64,000 nt of DNA from positions 189,138 to 253,137 of the IMG/VR virus record IMGVR_UViG_3300027759_000046. One strand, 5' to 3'. Position 1 is the first letter of the stretch. Every line of letters begins with the position of its first letter. The notes below the pieces were generated by a model. The model was not told the origin of the DNA. It did not search any database and saw only the letters and a program-made list of their open reading frames with translations. The position numbers and the translations under genes were made by a program. Of the stretch, positions 1 through 9,076 are shown piece by piece.

Positions 1-14
1 AAAAAGAGAAAACA

Positions 15-1040
15 ATGAAATCAATAGAGATAAACCGGTTTAAGATAGACTACTCGGCTGAGATTCTTGGAAATCAGCTAACTCTCTACTGGACCTGGCA
101 CGGCCCAGGCCAGCGCACGATTGAGGTCAAGGCCAAGGACCTCGCATTTGGCTGTAACGAGACCTCGGTGCTACCGGTCAACGCGGAACCGGGCTTGCGA
201 TACTGGAGCTGTCTTGGCAAACCAATGAGTCACGGCCATTCGACCGACTGCAATTACGGGCTCGGCTTCAAGGTCGAGTTCAGGTGTACTGAATCCGGCG
301 AGCTCTTGCACTCCGCTGATTTTCCGCTGTGCCTTACCGACTTTGGCAAACGCTCCTACTCTGGACTCTTCTCGGTTGAGAGACCCAACTTTTGGGTCAT
401 CGGCGATTCGGGCGCAAGCTCGTTCCTGTACGACTCTGAGCCAAAGGATACTGAACACGGCGAGTGGATCATAAATCACGTTACCTATCCATCACTGTCC
501 GCCAGACGATTTGCTCGCGGTAACTGGCGAGATTTCCTAAAGACGATTCCGCTGCGTAAGGGCGATGCGCTTGCATTCATGCTTGGGGCATGGGACGTCA
601 GAGCGGTCTGCGGCCATGCAAAGCTTAAAGGGGTTGAGCCCGACCAGATAATCGAGGAGACCTGTTTCAGGTACTGCCAAACCCTACAAGAGATTGAGCT
701 CATCTATCCGGACAATCCGGTGATTGCAATCGCGCCCAATCCACCGGCCAAAATCGCTAATATTAACCAGGAGTTTATTAATGTCAAGGGCTCGGACGAG
801 CAACGACTTGAAATATGGAAGCTCCTGAACCAGCGACTTGAAGAGGCTCATGCACGTGGGCAGATCAAGCGCTATTGGAACACGACCCTCTACTACAAGG
901 ACCCCGACGGATTCATGCGGCCGGAACTCCTATGGCCCAAGGACACTCATATCAAACTGGGCAAACCTGTGCTCAAGGCAATCAAGCTCCTAATAGATTG
1001 TCATCTGGTTAAAATCAGCAAGCCGGGTTCAAATAAATAA
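15..1040 (+). CDS. hypothetical protein with C-terminal SGNH/GDSL-like domain
   Basis: 341-aa ORF; VIGDS block-I-like motif and C-terminal DTHI; visibly more GC-rich than the rest of the window. Confidence 0.45.
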   Translation: MKSIEINRFKIDYSAEILGNQLTLYWTWHGPGQRTIEVKAKDLAFGCNETSVLPVNAEPGLRYWSCLGKPMSHGHSTDCNYGLGFKVEFRCTESGELLHSADFPLCLTDFGKRSYSGLFSVERPNFWVIGDSGASSFLYDSEPKDTEHGEWIINHVTYPSLSARRFARGNWRDFLKTIPLRKGDALAFMLGAWDVRAVCGHAKLKGVEPDQIIEETCFRYCQTLQEIELIYPDNPVIAIAPNPPAKIANINQEFINVKGSDEQRLEIWKLLNQRLEEAHARGQIKRYWNTTLYYKDPDGFMRPELLWPKDTHIKLGKPVLKAIKLLIDCHLVKISKPGSNK

Positions 1041-1061
1041 CCAGAAAGATATTTGTCCGCA

Positions 1062-1703
1062 ATGTCAAAGATAAAACCTTTCCTTAAACACATCAATGAG
1101 TCAGAAGAGCGCGATGAGAAGTACTCAAGACTTAAAAAATTAGGCCTCACCCAAAACGACGAGCCCGAAGATACGGTGTATGCTCTAAAAGAGGCATTTC
1201 ATAACGACCCACAGATCAAGAGCCTATTGACTCAACTTGACGCAAGAGTTGAAGAACTATTTGCACCAATCATAGACAGAGCCGAAGAGGCTTCTGGCGA
1301 TTGGGAAGATATTCGAATGGACATGTCATGGACCTGGGCCGAGGATATTGCAAACAGTTACATCTACAATCACATTTCAGAATTTGGAGAGTACCTCGAA
1401 GAATCCGAAGAACACCCAGAGCGTGAGCGTAATATTGAAAGATTAAGAGGACTTGGTCTTGCACCCAAAAAAGATTTTGACGAGCGTTGGGAAGAGCTGA
1501 TGGACGAATGGGGCGGGGATGCTGAGATTAGCCTGGCAATCGATACCTTAAAGGCCAAAACCAGTGCACTCATTGACAAGTACATTGACTTCGACGATGA
1601 CGAAGATCAGCAGCAATGGGAACAACGTCAAGAGTGGATGTACGAACAGAGCGTTGACGATCTTGGCTGGTTGGAATACATGATCAGTAGCGGATCTCTA
1701 TAA
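1062..1703 (+). CDS. acidic putative internal head protein with two internal repeats
   Basis: ATG at 1062 gives MSKIKPFLKHINE leader; AATAAATAA upstream at 1032-1040; RLKKLGL and RLRGLGL repeat units. Confidence 0.6.
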   Translation: MSKIKPFLKHINESEERDEKYSRLKKLGLTQNDEPEDTVYALKEAFHNDPQIKSLLTQLDARVEELFAPIIDRAEEASGDWEDIRMDMSWTWAEDIANSYIYNHISEFGEYLEESEEHPERERNIERLRGLGLAPKKDFDERWEELMDEWGGDAEISLAIDTLKAKTSALIDKYIDFDDDEDQQQWEQRQEWMYEQSVDDLGWLEYMISSGSL

Positions 1704-1733
1704 TAAATAATCAAACAAAAAGTATAAATTCAA

Positions 1734-2540
1734 ATGAAACACACAATCATTAAAGACTTCAAAGGTTGGAACGTGCTAATGGAAAATGCAGGATTCATCG
1801 GTGAAGAAACGGTTGGAACCGCAGGTTCAGCTGGAACAGCCGGCACAGCAGGTACAACCGGAACAGCTGGTTCAGCTGGCACAGCAGGCGCTACCTCCGC
1901 TCCATTAACTGCAATCACGGCAGCAGACGGCGCGCTAACTGCTGAGGATATTAAAAAGGTACAGGCAATTGTCTACAATGCCCCACTAACTGACACTAAA
2001 TCATGTGACGGTAAAGTTGGCCCAAACACAAAGGCAAAAATTAAAGAGTTTAGAACTGCAAACGGCATCACTGACGAAACAGTTGAACCCAATCAGACTA
2101 CGGTAGGTCCAAAAACCTTGGCTAAGATGATTGAAAAAATTACTGCAGGATTTACGCCAGGCGGAACCGCTGGAACAGCTGGAACAGCCGGTGCAACTGG
2201 TGTATTCGATCAACGTAATGCAACTGACGACCAGGCTGCAACCAAGATTTGCGACATGATTGTTGCTAAATTCAAGGACACTGCTTTCTGGCAACCATTT
2301 AAAGGAACGTTTAACGATGATGAAGGTCAAGCAGGTTTTGCATATAACAATTGGTACACGACCGAGGTTATGCCTCTAATTAAGACGCTTAGACAAGGCG
2401 ATCCAAACATTGCTCGATTAGAAGCAGCCGATGCGGCAGTTCGTCAAAAATTAGCCGGCGGAATGGCAAACGATTCAGCTTCTTGGCAAATCACAACGCT
2501 TAACGGCGAGATGAAATATCAAGTAGACACAGATTTCTAA
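1734..2540 (+). CDS. putative virion protein with GTAG repeats and peptidoglycan-binding domain
   Basis: MKHTIIKDF...ME leader; GTAGSAGTAG tracts; DGKVGPNTKAKIKEFRTANGI resembles PG_binding_1. Confidence 0.65.
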   Translation: MKHTIIKDFKGWNVLMENAGFIGEETVGTAGSAGTAGTAGTTGTAGSAGTAGATSAPLTAITAADGALTAEDIKKVQAIVYNAPLTDTKSCDGKVGPNTKAKIKEFRTANGITDETVEPNQTTVGPKTLAKMIEKITAGFTPGGTAGTAGTAGATGVFDQRNATDDQAATKICDMIVAKFKDTAFWQPFKGTFNDDEGQAGFAYNNWYTTEVMPLIKTLRQGDPNIARLEAADAAVRQKLAGGMANDSASWQITTLNGEMKYQVDTDF

Positions 2541-2555
2541 AATAAACCAAGCTTA

Positions 2556-4334
2556 ATGAAGCATACAATTATAAAAGATTACAGGAGCTGGTTGTTTGAA
2601 TCAACTCAGTACATGACAGAAGCGGCTGATCCAAACACGCCTATTGAGACTCTATTACAAAATACTGATCTTGAAGGTCTTTATCAAAGAATCATGTCAA
2701 CCGATGCGGCCTCTAAGGGTTTACCTAATTACGCTAACGTAATGCAATGGTGGCATCAAGGCGGACCGGATTTGGGATTATGGAAGTCTCTATTTAAAGC
2801 GGGCGGCGAAGCCAAACGCGATAAGGTAAATTCAGCTCGTAGCATGTACTATTGGTTGGGAGGTTTTGCAACTAAGGGTCGTAGTGCTCAAAGTGCAGGC
2901 AAAGCAAACTATATCAAAAACGTTGAAGACTTCTGTACAGCAGTTAAGACCAATGCTCCAGCAATAGTTGCCGCAGTTAACGCATTCCCAAAACCTGCTG
3001 AAAAAACACGTTACGCAGGTTGGAACGAAGCAGCTGCTAAAGCAGATGCAGTTTTGGCTTTCTTACAGACAGCTAAGGCAAAGAGTCTTAACTTAAGCTC
3101 ACAGGCAGCAGCGATGCTAATTCCATACAGTGCAATTGACGGTCAACTATCAGTTAACAATGCACCAACACCGCCAGCAACCTATTTCAAACTTACCGCA
3201 GACACATTCACAAAAGACAAGACTGATGATAATTTATCGGTAACGTCTTATGCTTATCAAACAGGTCAATGGACTCTACAAACAAGCGCGGTAACAACTC
3301 TTCAACAATTACAGACAAACATTGCAACGCTAACATCAGCAATGGCCGATCAAACTAAACTTTCTACATATTTTTCAGCAGATAATACATTAAGCGCTGA
3401 GAATAAGAAAGTTATCCTAGATTTTGTTAACACCAAGGTACAGGCTTATCTTGAAAGAAAGAATAAGGCTCTTAAACCTGGAGAAACGGCAATGACTGTT
3501 GACTCTGCAATTAAAACTGCAACTGACCTTTACATTTCGCCAAATGGTACTAATTTGACTCTATCGCCTGCAACCAAGCAGCCATCACCAGAGCCAATCA
3601 CAGTTTCAGGCTCATATCCTGAAAATCCAAATGGCGATTGGAATTCAGCTGGTGCAAAGAAAGCTACTCAGTTCTTTGGTGACGATAAGATCCAGATTGA
3701 AGCAGGTCCTATTGCGGAAATGACAAACGGTATCAAATCGTATCTAGCTCAAATTAAAGCGATGGGCGCTCAAATTACTGGCGTAAAAATCTGGGGTATT
3801 TCATCTACTAGTGCTGTACCAAGTTCATACGATCCTGCAACAAAGGGTCCAAATCCTGACGCAGGCTACACGACTGCAAAGAACGGCCCGCTTGCTCAAG
3901 ACCGTTTGACCTCAATTAAAACTTCTCTACGTCAAATCTTTACTCAAAACGGCGTTACTGATAATTTGATAACGGAAGATGCGACTCAAGATAAAGTTAC
4001 TCCAAACATTGGAGCTGCTTGGACTGAACAAGATAAGGCTAAGTTTGCAAATCGCAAACAGCCAGGTAAAGAGGCTCTACTTAAAGAGTACGACGATAAA
4101 TTTGGCAAATACAAATATGCATTTGCTCGTTTTGAGATTACGTACACAATGACTCAGCAATTTACGGTTACACCACAGGCAGATCCTATTCCAAACTCAG
4201 ACTGGAAAGTTTACATTAACTGGATTGATGAAACTTGGACACCACCGACAATTAGCATTCCAGGAATAGGTTTTAAACCTAAATCTGGAGGTTCTCAAAG
4301 AGATTGGGGAAAAACTGACTGTCCAGTATTCTAA
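2556..4334 (+). CDS. putative virion protein with OmpA-like C-terminal region
   Basis: MKHTIIKDYRSWLFE leader; NGPLAQDRLTSIKTSL resembles the OmpA-like N..L...R motif. Confidence 0.5.
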   Translation: MKHTIIKDYRSWLFESTQYMTEAADPNTPIETLLQNTDLEGLYQRIMSTDAASKGLPNYANVMQWWHQGGPDLGLWKSLFKAGGEAKRDKVNSARSMYYWLGGFATKGRSAQSAGKANYIKNVEDFCTAVKTNAPAIVAAVNAFPKPAEKTRYAGWNEAAAKADAVLAFLQTAKAKSLNLSSQAAAMLIPYSAIDGQLSVNNAPTPPATYFKLTADTFTKDKTDDNLSVTSYAYQTGQWTLQTSAVTTLQQLQTNIATLTSAMADQTKLSTYFSADNTLSAENKKVILDFVNTKVQAYLERKNKALKPGETAMTVDSAIKTATDLYISPNGTNLTLSPATKQPSPEPITVSGSYPENPNGDWNSAGAKKATQFFGDDKIQIEAGPIAEMTNGIKSYLAQIKAMGAQITGVKIWGISSTSAVPSSYDPATKGPNPDAGYTTAKNGPLAQDRLTSIKTSLRQIFTQNGVTDNLITEDATQDKVTPNIGAAWTEQDKAKFANRKQPGKEALLKEYDDKFGKYKYAFARFEITYTMTQQFTVTPQADPIPNSDWKVYINWIDETWTPPTISIPGIGFKPKSGGSQRDWGKTDCPVF

Positions 4335-4888
4335 TTAATTTTCTTAGAAACTACACCAGTTCCGAAATAGATCCAGGTAGAAGTGCTTGGATCTTTTTTT
4401 ATGCCTACCGCAAAGGCGATATGAGTAACATCAGGATTCATTAAGACCCATTTATGAGCCGGTGAATACATCCAACTATCGAATAGGGTCTGTATTGCTG
4501 AATCCTCAGATGGAATTGGAAAGACCTTAAAGTTTGGAACCGCTGGATAGCTTGCACCGTATGAAGCACAAACCTCAAGGCTAAGATTCCATGAGAATTG
4601 GTCAGATGAAACTGCTTGGAATTTTTCAACTCTGTGCCTTGCTCCAGGATAAGATTGAGATTCTCCAGGCTGAGCTTCGTATTCAGTGTGATCGCTGATT
4701 CCACGTCTAACCATGTATCGATTATGGAATTCGACGGCTGAATCTAGAACTGCTGAATACTGCAAGGGCTTAAGACCCAAAGCGGTTCTTTGCTTATTGG
4801 TTAAGCTGATTAAGATCGAGTCCTGGTGGGTTTGAGCAGAAGTGTTAACTGCTAACCCGATTGCGATTATTAAGAGTAACTGCTTCAT
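4331..4888 (-). CDS. CAP/SCP domain protein with signal peptide
   Basis: signal peptide MKQLLLIIAIGLAVNTSA; NKQRTALGLKPL, H..YM and WMYSPAHKWVLMNP CAP motifs. Confidence 0.85.
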   Translation of the reverse strand: MKQLLLIIAIGLAVNTSAQTHQDSILISLTNKQRTALGLKPLQYSAVLDSAVEFHNRYMVRRGISDHTEYEAQPGESQSYPGARHRVEKFQAVSSDQFSWNLSLEVCASYGASYPAVPNFKVFPIPSEDSAIQTLFDSWMYSPAHKWVLMNPDVTHIAFAVGIKKDPSTSTWIYFGTGVVSKKIN

Positions 4889-4921
4889 GTAATTATTATA
4901 CTATCTGGAATAAATAAAGGT

Positions 4922-5581
4922 ATGAAACCTTTTAAACTATTGCTAGTACTACTGATTTCGTTTGTACTATTTACATCATTTTCAACTGAGTTTACAGTTA
5001 AAGACAAGATTGTGATCTTGGCTCATGCTGGCTATGTTTCACATTATAGCACAGGTTTAAAATACCCAGTTGAGGTGGAGTGGTGGGATACTAAAGCTCG
5101 ACTGGGCTGCACGACTAAATTTCCTAGAAAAGACCAATTTGCACCAGATCCATTACTACCAGCTGAGACGAGCCTTGCTGATGATTATTCTGGATCAGGT
5201 TTTGATCGAGGTCACATGTGCCCAGCGGCAGATAACCAATGCGATTCTGAATTCTTAACAGAGTGCTTCTATTTTTCAAATATGGCACCTCAATATCATT
5301 CGCTGAACGCTGGGGTCTGGAAAACTCTTGAAACTCGCACCAGAGAATTTGCTGAGCAATTGGACTCAGTTAAGGTTTGGTGCGGCAATATTGGATCGGT
5401 CTCCAAAATCGGAGAGGTTTCAGTACCAGCAAAGTGTTGGAAAGTAATTTACATAAAGAAGACCAAAGTTTGGGAAGCTTACGTTTTTGAAAATACAAAA
5501 GAACAGTCTAAAAAGCTTGATCAATTAAAGGTCAAGGTATCAGACGTTGAAAAATTAACCGGCTTTAAATTTAAACCATGA
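4922..5581 (+). CDS. DNA/RNA non-specific endonuclease (NucA/EndA family) with signal peptide
   Basis: DRGHMCPAAD and FYFSNMAPQ..LNAGVWKTLE motifs; hydrophobic N-terminus. Confidence 0.92.
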   Translation: MKPFKLLLVLLISFVLFTSFSTEFTVKDKIVILAHAGYVSHYSTGLKYPVEVEWWDTKARLGCTTKFPRKDQFAPDPLLPAETSLADDYSGSGFDRGHMCPAADNQCDSEFLTECFYFSNMAPQYHSLNAGVWKTLETRTREFAEQLDSVKVWCGNIGSVSKIGEVSVPAKCWKVIYIKKTKVWEAYVFENTKEQSKKLDQLKVKVSDVEKLTGFKFKP

Positions 5582-5985
5582 AACACATAAAACAATTTAC
5601 TCAATTTGTCAACGAAAACGTTGACTGGAAGCAGCTAACTGAATTAGAGGCGTACGCAGATGGCCTCTTTAATGAGCTTGGTCTTGATGTGGTATTTACA
5701 AAACACTTTAAGGACAGAGTCAACGACGTTCGAAACGGCAACCCGATTACCTATAATGAATTGAAAGCCTTATTCCTAAAGGCTTACTTGAGAGCTGGCG
5801 AACAGATCTCAGAATTACCAGTTGAAACAGAAGCAGTTCTTAAAGATTTAAGTTCAAATCTTAATGCTCCATTCAAAATACAGGACGCACCAGATGATGC
5901 TGACCACACTGAAAACGATATGGTAATGAAGACTATTATGAAGAAAGAAAGATTCATGTCGAGTAACCCGTCTATTGAAGTTTAG
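5578..5985 (+). CDS. leader-tagged hypothetical protein, possible RelE/BECR-like RNase fold
   Basis: MKHIKQFTQFVNE leader; FTKHFKDR and C-terminal MKTIMKK; the fold call is weak. Confidence 0.45.
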   Translation: MKHIKQFTQFVNENVDWKQLTELEAYADGLFNELGLDVVFTKHFKDRVNDVRNGNPITYNELKALFLKAYLRAGEQISELPVETEAVLKDLSSNLNAPFKIQDAPDDADHTENDMVMKTIMKKERFMSSNPSIEV

Positions 5986-6003
5986 CACTTAACCTATTCA
6001 CAT

Positions 6004-6030
6004 AAAAAAAGCCAGACGAATCTGGCTTTT
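6004..6030. terminator. bidirectional intrinsic terminator
   Basis: A7-GCCAGA-CGAA-TCTGGC-T4 between convergent genes. Confidence 0.85.
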
Positions 6031-6053
6031 CTTGTTTAGTGTCCATCGACGAA

Positions 6054-6656
6054 TTACATTTCGTTCTCTTTATTAGCGCCTTTCTTCTGGAAACCAAATG
6101 GTTTAGCAGCAGGCTTTGCAGCCGGTTTACCGAATGGCATTCCTTTTGCAGCAGGTTTTTCGTCTTTCTTAGCGAATGGGTTTCCCTTTGCCGCAGGTTT
6201 ACCGAATGGCATTCCTTTCGCAACAGGTTTAGCTTTAGCTCCTCGTTTTGGGGCCTCTTCCATTTCTTCCTCTTCAGCAGCTTTGCCTTTTTTCTTTGCA
6301 GCAGGCTTTAGATTAGCGAATTTTTTATCAACTTCTTTAAGAGCTTCAATTTGAGCTTTTTTCTTTGCCTCATATAACTCTTCATCAGTCATGCGATTCA
6401 TGTTATGTCTTGAAATTCTGTGTGCATCGTAATCATCTGAATGCATTGCTTGGTCTAACTCACGTTGTGAACTAGTAGACTCTTCGCCACATGCTGTGCA
6501 ATATCCTTCTTCATCAATTTCAGAACCACAACATTGTGAAGTTTCTTCCATTGTATCGCTATCGCCGAATCTATCTTCTTGAGAAAAGGAATCTCCGTGA
6601 TTGGATTCATAATTTTCATTAATGAATTGGGTAAATCTTTTTACTTGATTTTTCAT
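6054..6656 (-). CDS. putative internal head protein with Cys cluster and Lys/Ala/Pro-rich (H1-like) repeat tail
   Basis: start at 6656 gives MKNQVKRFTQFINE; CCGSEIDEEGYCTAC; repeated AKGMPFGKPAAK. Confidence 0.65.
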   Translation of the reverse strand: MKNQVKRFTQFINENYESNHGDSFSQEDRFGDSDTMEETSQCCGSEIDEEGYCTACGEESTSSQRELDQAMHSDDYDAHRISRHNMNRMTDEELYEAKKKAQIEALKEVDKKFANLKPAAKKKGKAAEEEEMEEAPKRGAKAKPVAKGMPFGKPAAKGNPFAKKDEKPAAKGMPFGKPAAKPAAKPFGFQKKGANKENEM

Positions 6657-6675
6657 AGTATTTAAACTGTTTATT

Positions 6676-7116
6676 TTATGGTTCGATATCTTCTTCCTCT
6701 TCAGTATCATCTGAAAGGCCTAACATTTCGTCATTGAATTTATTGAAAGCTGATTCAGCTTCTTTCATGGTCTTATTTAAAGTAATAAGCTCATCTTTTA
6801 GAGTCTGAACTTTCTCTTTGTCTTCGTCAGTTGCTGGATTTTTACGAGCATCTTCTGGCATTTCCAAGAACTCTTTTTGTTTATCTTTAAATGCTTTAAC
6901 TGCATCTTTACGAGCTTGGTCAAGTTTCTTGAATTTACCAATCTCAGTTGAATCATCAATATCTTCAACCGAAGTAGGCTCAGCATCAGTCGGTGCAGCT
7001 GGTTCAGCAGGAGCGTCCATTTCAGCTGGTGTTAAGTCAGCAGGAGGATCAATTGCAGGTCCAGTAGCATCAACCTTTTCAGATTCTTCAAGCCATTGAT
7101 TGTACCTATAAATCAT
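6676..7116 (-). CDS. acidic coiled-coil hypothetical protein
   Basis: MIYRYNQWLEE leader-like N-terminus; GATAAATAAA upstream (7137-7146, -). Confidence 0.6.
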   Translation of the reverse strand: MIYRYNQWLEESEKVDATGPAIDPPADLTPAEMDAPAEPAAPTDAEPTSVEDIDDSTEIGKFKKLDQARKDAVKAFKDKQKEFLEMPEDARKNPATDEDKEKVQTLKDELITLNKTMKEAESAFNKFNDEMLGLSDDTEEEEDIEP

Positions 7117-7136
7117 TGTTTAGTTAGCTATTTTAG

Positions 7137-7166
7137 TTTATTTATCTACGACTCTCGAATAAATAA
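7137..7166. promoter_or_regulatory. divergent pair of (G/A)ATAAATAA late-promoter-like motifs
   Basis: GATAAATAAA on - and GAATAAATAA on +; same arrangement at 10827-10884 and 32883-32940; resembles the T4 late promoter TATAAATA. Confidence 0.7.
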
Positions 7167-7173
7167 CTCTACA

Positions 7174-7950
7174 ATGAAATTACTAACATTCAATACATGG
7201 TTATCTGAGACGGCCAGGCCACTAGTAAAGCTTAGTGATCTTGATATTAACCGTCGATATAAAGATGAGAGGTATGAGTATGAACTATTTCCAAGATTTA
7301 GACGACTTAAAGCCAGAATCAACGAACTAGATAAAATGCCAACTCTTGAGCACTGGTTCGCAATGATGCAGAACTCAGACGCCGAATTCTATACGCTAGT
7401 TCAAACAGGCGAACTTGGTCAACCTGATGTCAGAGAACTATTTAGAGACCTAACGGGTCGTCGTGCAGCAAAGATGGCAAAGTATAATCTAGAAGAGAAC
7501 AAAGGAGAAATCGCTGCATGGCAATGTAGCATAGACCCTTCTTGGAAAATGATTGCGCTATGGCCGACTGATCCGGGCTATGAGGACGCTGCGAAGATTT
7601 TTGACTATTTAGGAATTGCGTTTGGCGACCTTTCTTCTAAAACTATTTACGTAGACGGTGTTCAGCTTGAACAGGAAAATTTAACAAAGGATCACCTACT
7701 TGCAATTGAAGCTCATGAAATTAGTCATGGCATATTAAGTCATCAATCGTCAAATCGAGAATTAGCGGAATACGATGAGAGACAGGAAAGAGAAGCCGAT
7801 TGGATGGGAGTCAGAATCCTTGATGCAATGGATTATCAAATGGCGGCTCAAATCCTAGAAGATCGATATGAAACTCACTATGGCGAAAGTTCAGAAGATC
7901 TTGATAACACCGAAAAATTAGAATCTCAATTGCGAGATTATTTAAAATAA
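7174..7950 (+). CDS. HEXXH zinc metallopeptidase (ImmA/IrrE-like), leader-tagged
   Basis: start at 7174 gives MKLLTFNTWLSE; AHEISH...QEREAD zincin motif. Confidence 0.75.
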   Translation: MKLLTFNTWLSETARPLVKLSDLDINRRYKDERYEYELFPRFRRLKARINELDKMPTLEHWFAMMQNSDAEFYTLVQTGELGQPDVRELFRDLTGRRAAKMAKYNLEENKGEIAAWQCSIDPSWKMIALWPTDPGYEDAAKIFDYLGIAFGDLSSKTIYVDGVQLEQENLTKDHLLAIEAHEISHGILSHQSSNRELAEYDERQEREADWMGVRILDAMDYQMAAQILEDRYETHYGESSEDLDNTEKLESQLRDYLK

Positions 7951-7961
7951 AACAAAATACG

Positions 7962-8255
7962 ATGGCTAAAAAGTATTTCTTTGGATGGGACAACCTTAAA
8001 TGGTTAATTACTCAGCTTGGCGCGATGTACAGCGGAAAATCTTCTTACTTTTCAAAAAAGAGAGTTGAATCAGGTATTGCATTTGCAATTGCTCAATGGG
8101 GTATGATCTTCTTCTTACTTAAAAAATATGAAACTCTAAGTATGACTGACTTCCTAATTTGGGCAGGTGTTGAATTTACAGTTTCAGGATACATGATCAA
8201 TCAGATCCAAAAAGAAAAAGCAGCGAATTCAGCACAAGCAGACGATGTTGCATAA
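7962..8255 (+). CDS. small two-TM membrane protein (holin-like)
   Basis: SKKR followed by two hydrophobic segments. Confidence 0.45.
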   Translation: MAKKYFFGWDNLKWLITQLGAMYSGKSSYFSKKRVESGIAFAIAQWGMIFFLLKKYETLSMTDFLIWAGVEFTVSGYMINQIQKEKAANSAQADDVA

Positions 8256-8264
8256 TTAAAATTT

Positions 8265-8864
8265 ATGAAAACTTTTTCTCAATTCATTAATGAGAATTCA
8301 CAGGATTCACAGCACTATGAATTAATGGCCTCTCTTGCAAATGCAATGAACACTGCCGGTCGATATGCAAACGCGTCAGTAAATCAAGCAGACAATTCAA
8401 TTCGACTCTCATCAAACTGGGAGCTTGACACTATGAAAATTAGCGATCTTGGAAGAGTTGAACCGACTGCCTATTATGTTGCAAATCTTGTTCCAAAATT
8501 TAATAAGGAGGCCTCTACTAATCTGAGCAGACTAATTCAATTAGGGCTAGGAAATGTAAGCGATTTGCTTGAAGGATTTACTATAACTACCGCCCTTAGT
8601 GTAGACGTTTACGAAGTTGAAGGTTATGAATTCAAAGACGGCCCAGACACTAATGAGTATACTCTAGAAGAGTTAGACATTCAGGGGTTCTTTGATACTG
8701 GTGATATTAGTGGAGCGGGCGAAGCTCTTGTTGAATGGTGGGATGAAACTGCTAATGAATATGGCTATATGCTTTATACACGAGTAGCAGAAGACCTTGA
8801 ATCGTATATTGCAAGCCGCCAACCTGATGAAGAAGACGATGAGTTGGAAGATGAAGGGTGGTGA
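8265..8864 (+). CDS. acidic putative internal head protein
   Basis: MKTFSQFINE, very close to the T4 capsid-targeting sequence MKTYQEFIAE; RLIQLGL motif. Confidence 0.6.
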   Translation: MKTFSQFINENSQDSQHYELMASLANAMNTAGRYANASVNQADNSIRLSSNWELDTMKISDLGRVEPTAYYVANLVPKFNKEASTNLSRLIQLGLGNVSDLLEGFTITTALSVDVYEVEGYEFKDGPDTNEYTLEELDIQGFFDTGDISGAGEALVEWWDETANEYGYMLYTRVAEDLESYIASRQPDEEDDELEDEGW

Positions 8865-8887
8865 TGTTGGAATCTGAAGAGATTTAA

Positions 8888-9076
8888 TTAAGGCTTGCCC
8901 GTCATCATTTCATAATAGTCCCAAAGATCTTGACAAGTTTCGTACTCTTCAAGATCTTCAAGCCATTTTATAACATCGAGAATTTCAGACCAATACGGAG
9001 AGGCAATTCCTCTTTTTTCTAAGTCCTTACACTTCTTGCGCATTTCTGCGTGTCCACTGCCTTGATCTGCTGACAC
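8888..9076 (-). CDS. small protein with UVR-like motif
   Basis: EEYETCQDL resembles the UvrB/UvrC EdyE.a..l.d motif; start uncertain. Confidence 0.4.
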   Translation of the reverse strand: MSADQGSGHAEMRKKCKDLEKRGIASPYWSEILDVIKWLEDLEEYETCQDLWDYYEMMTGKP

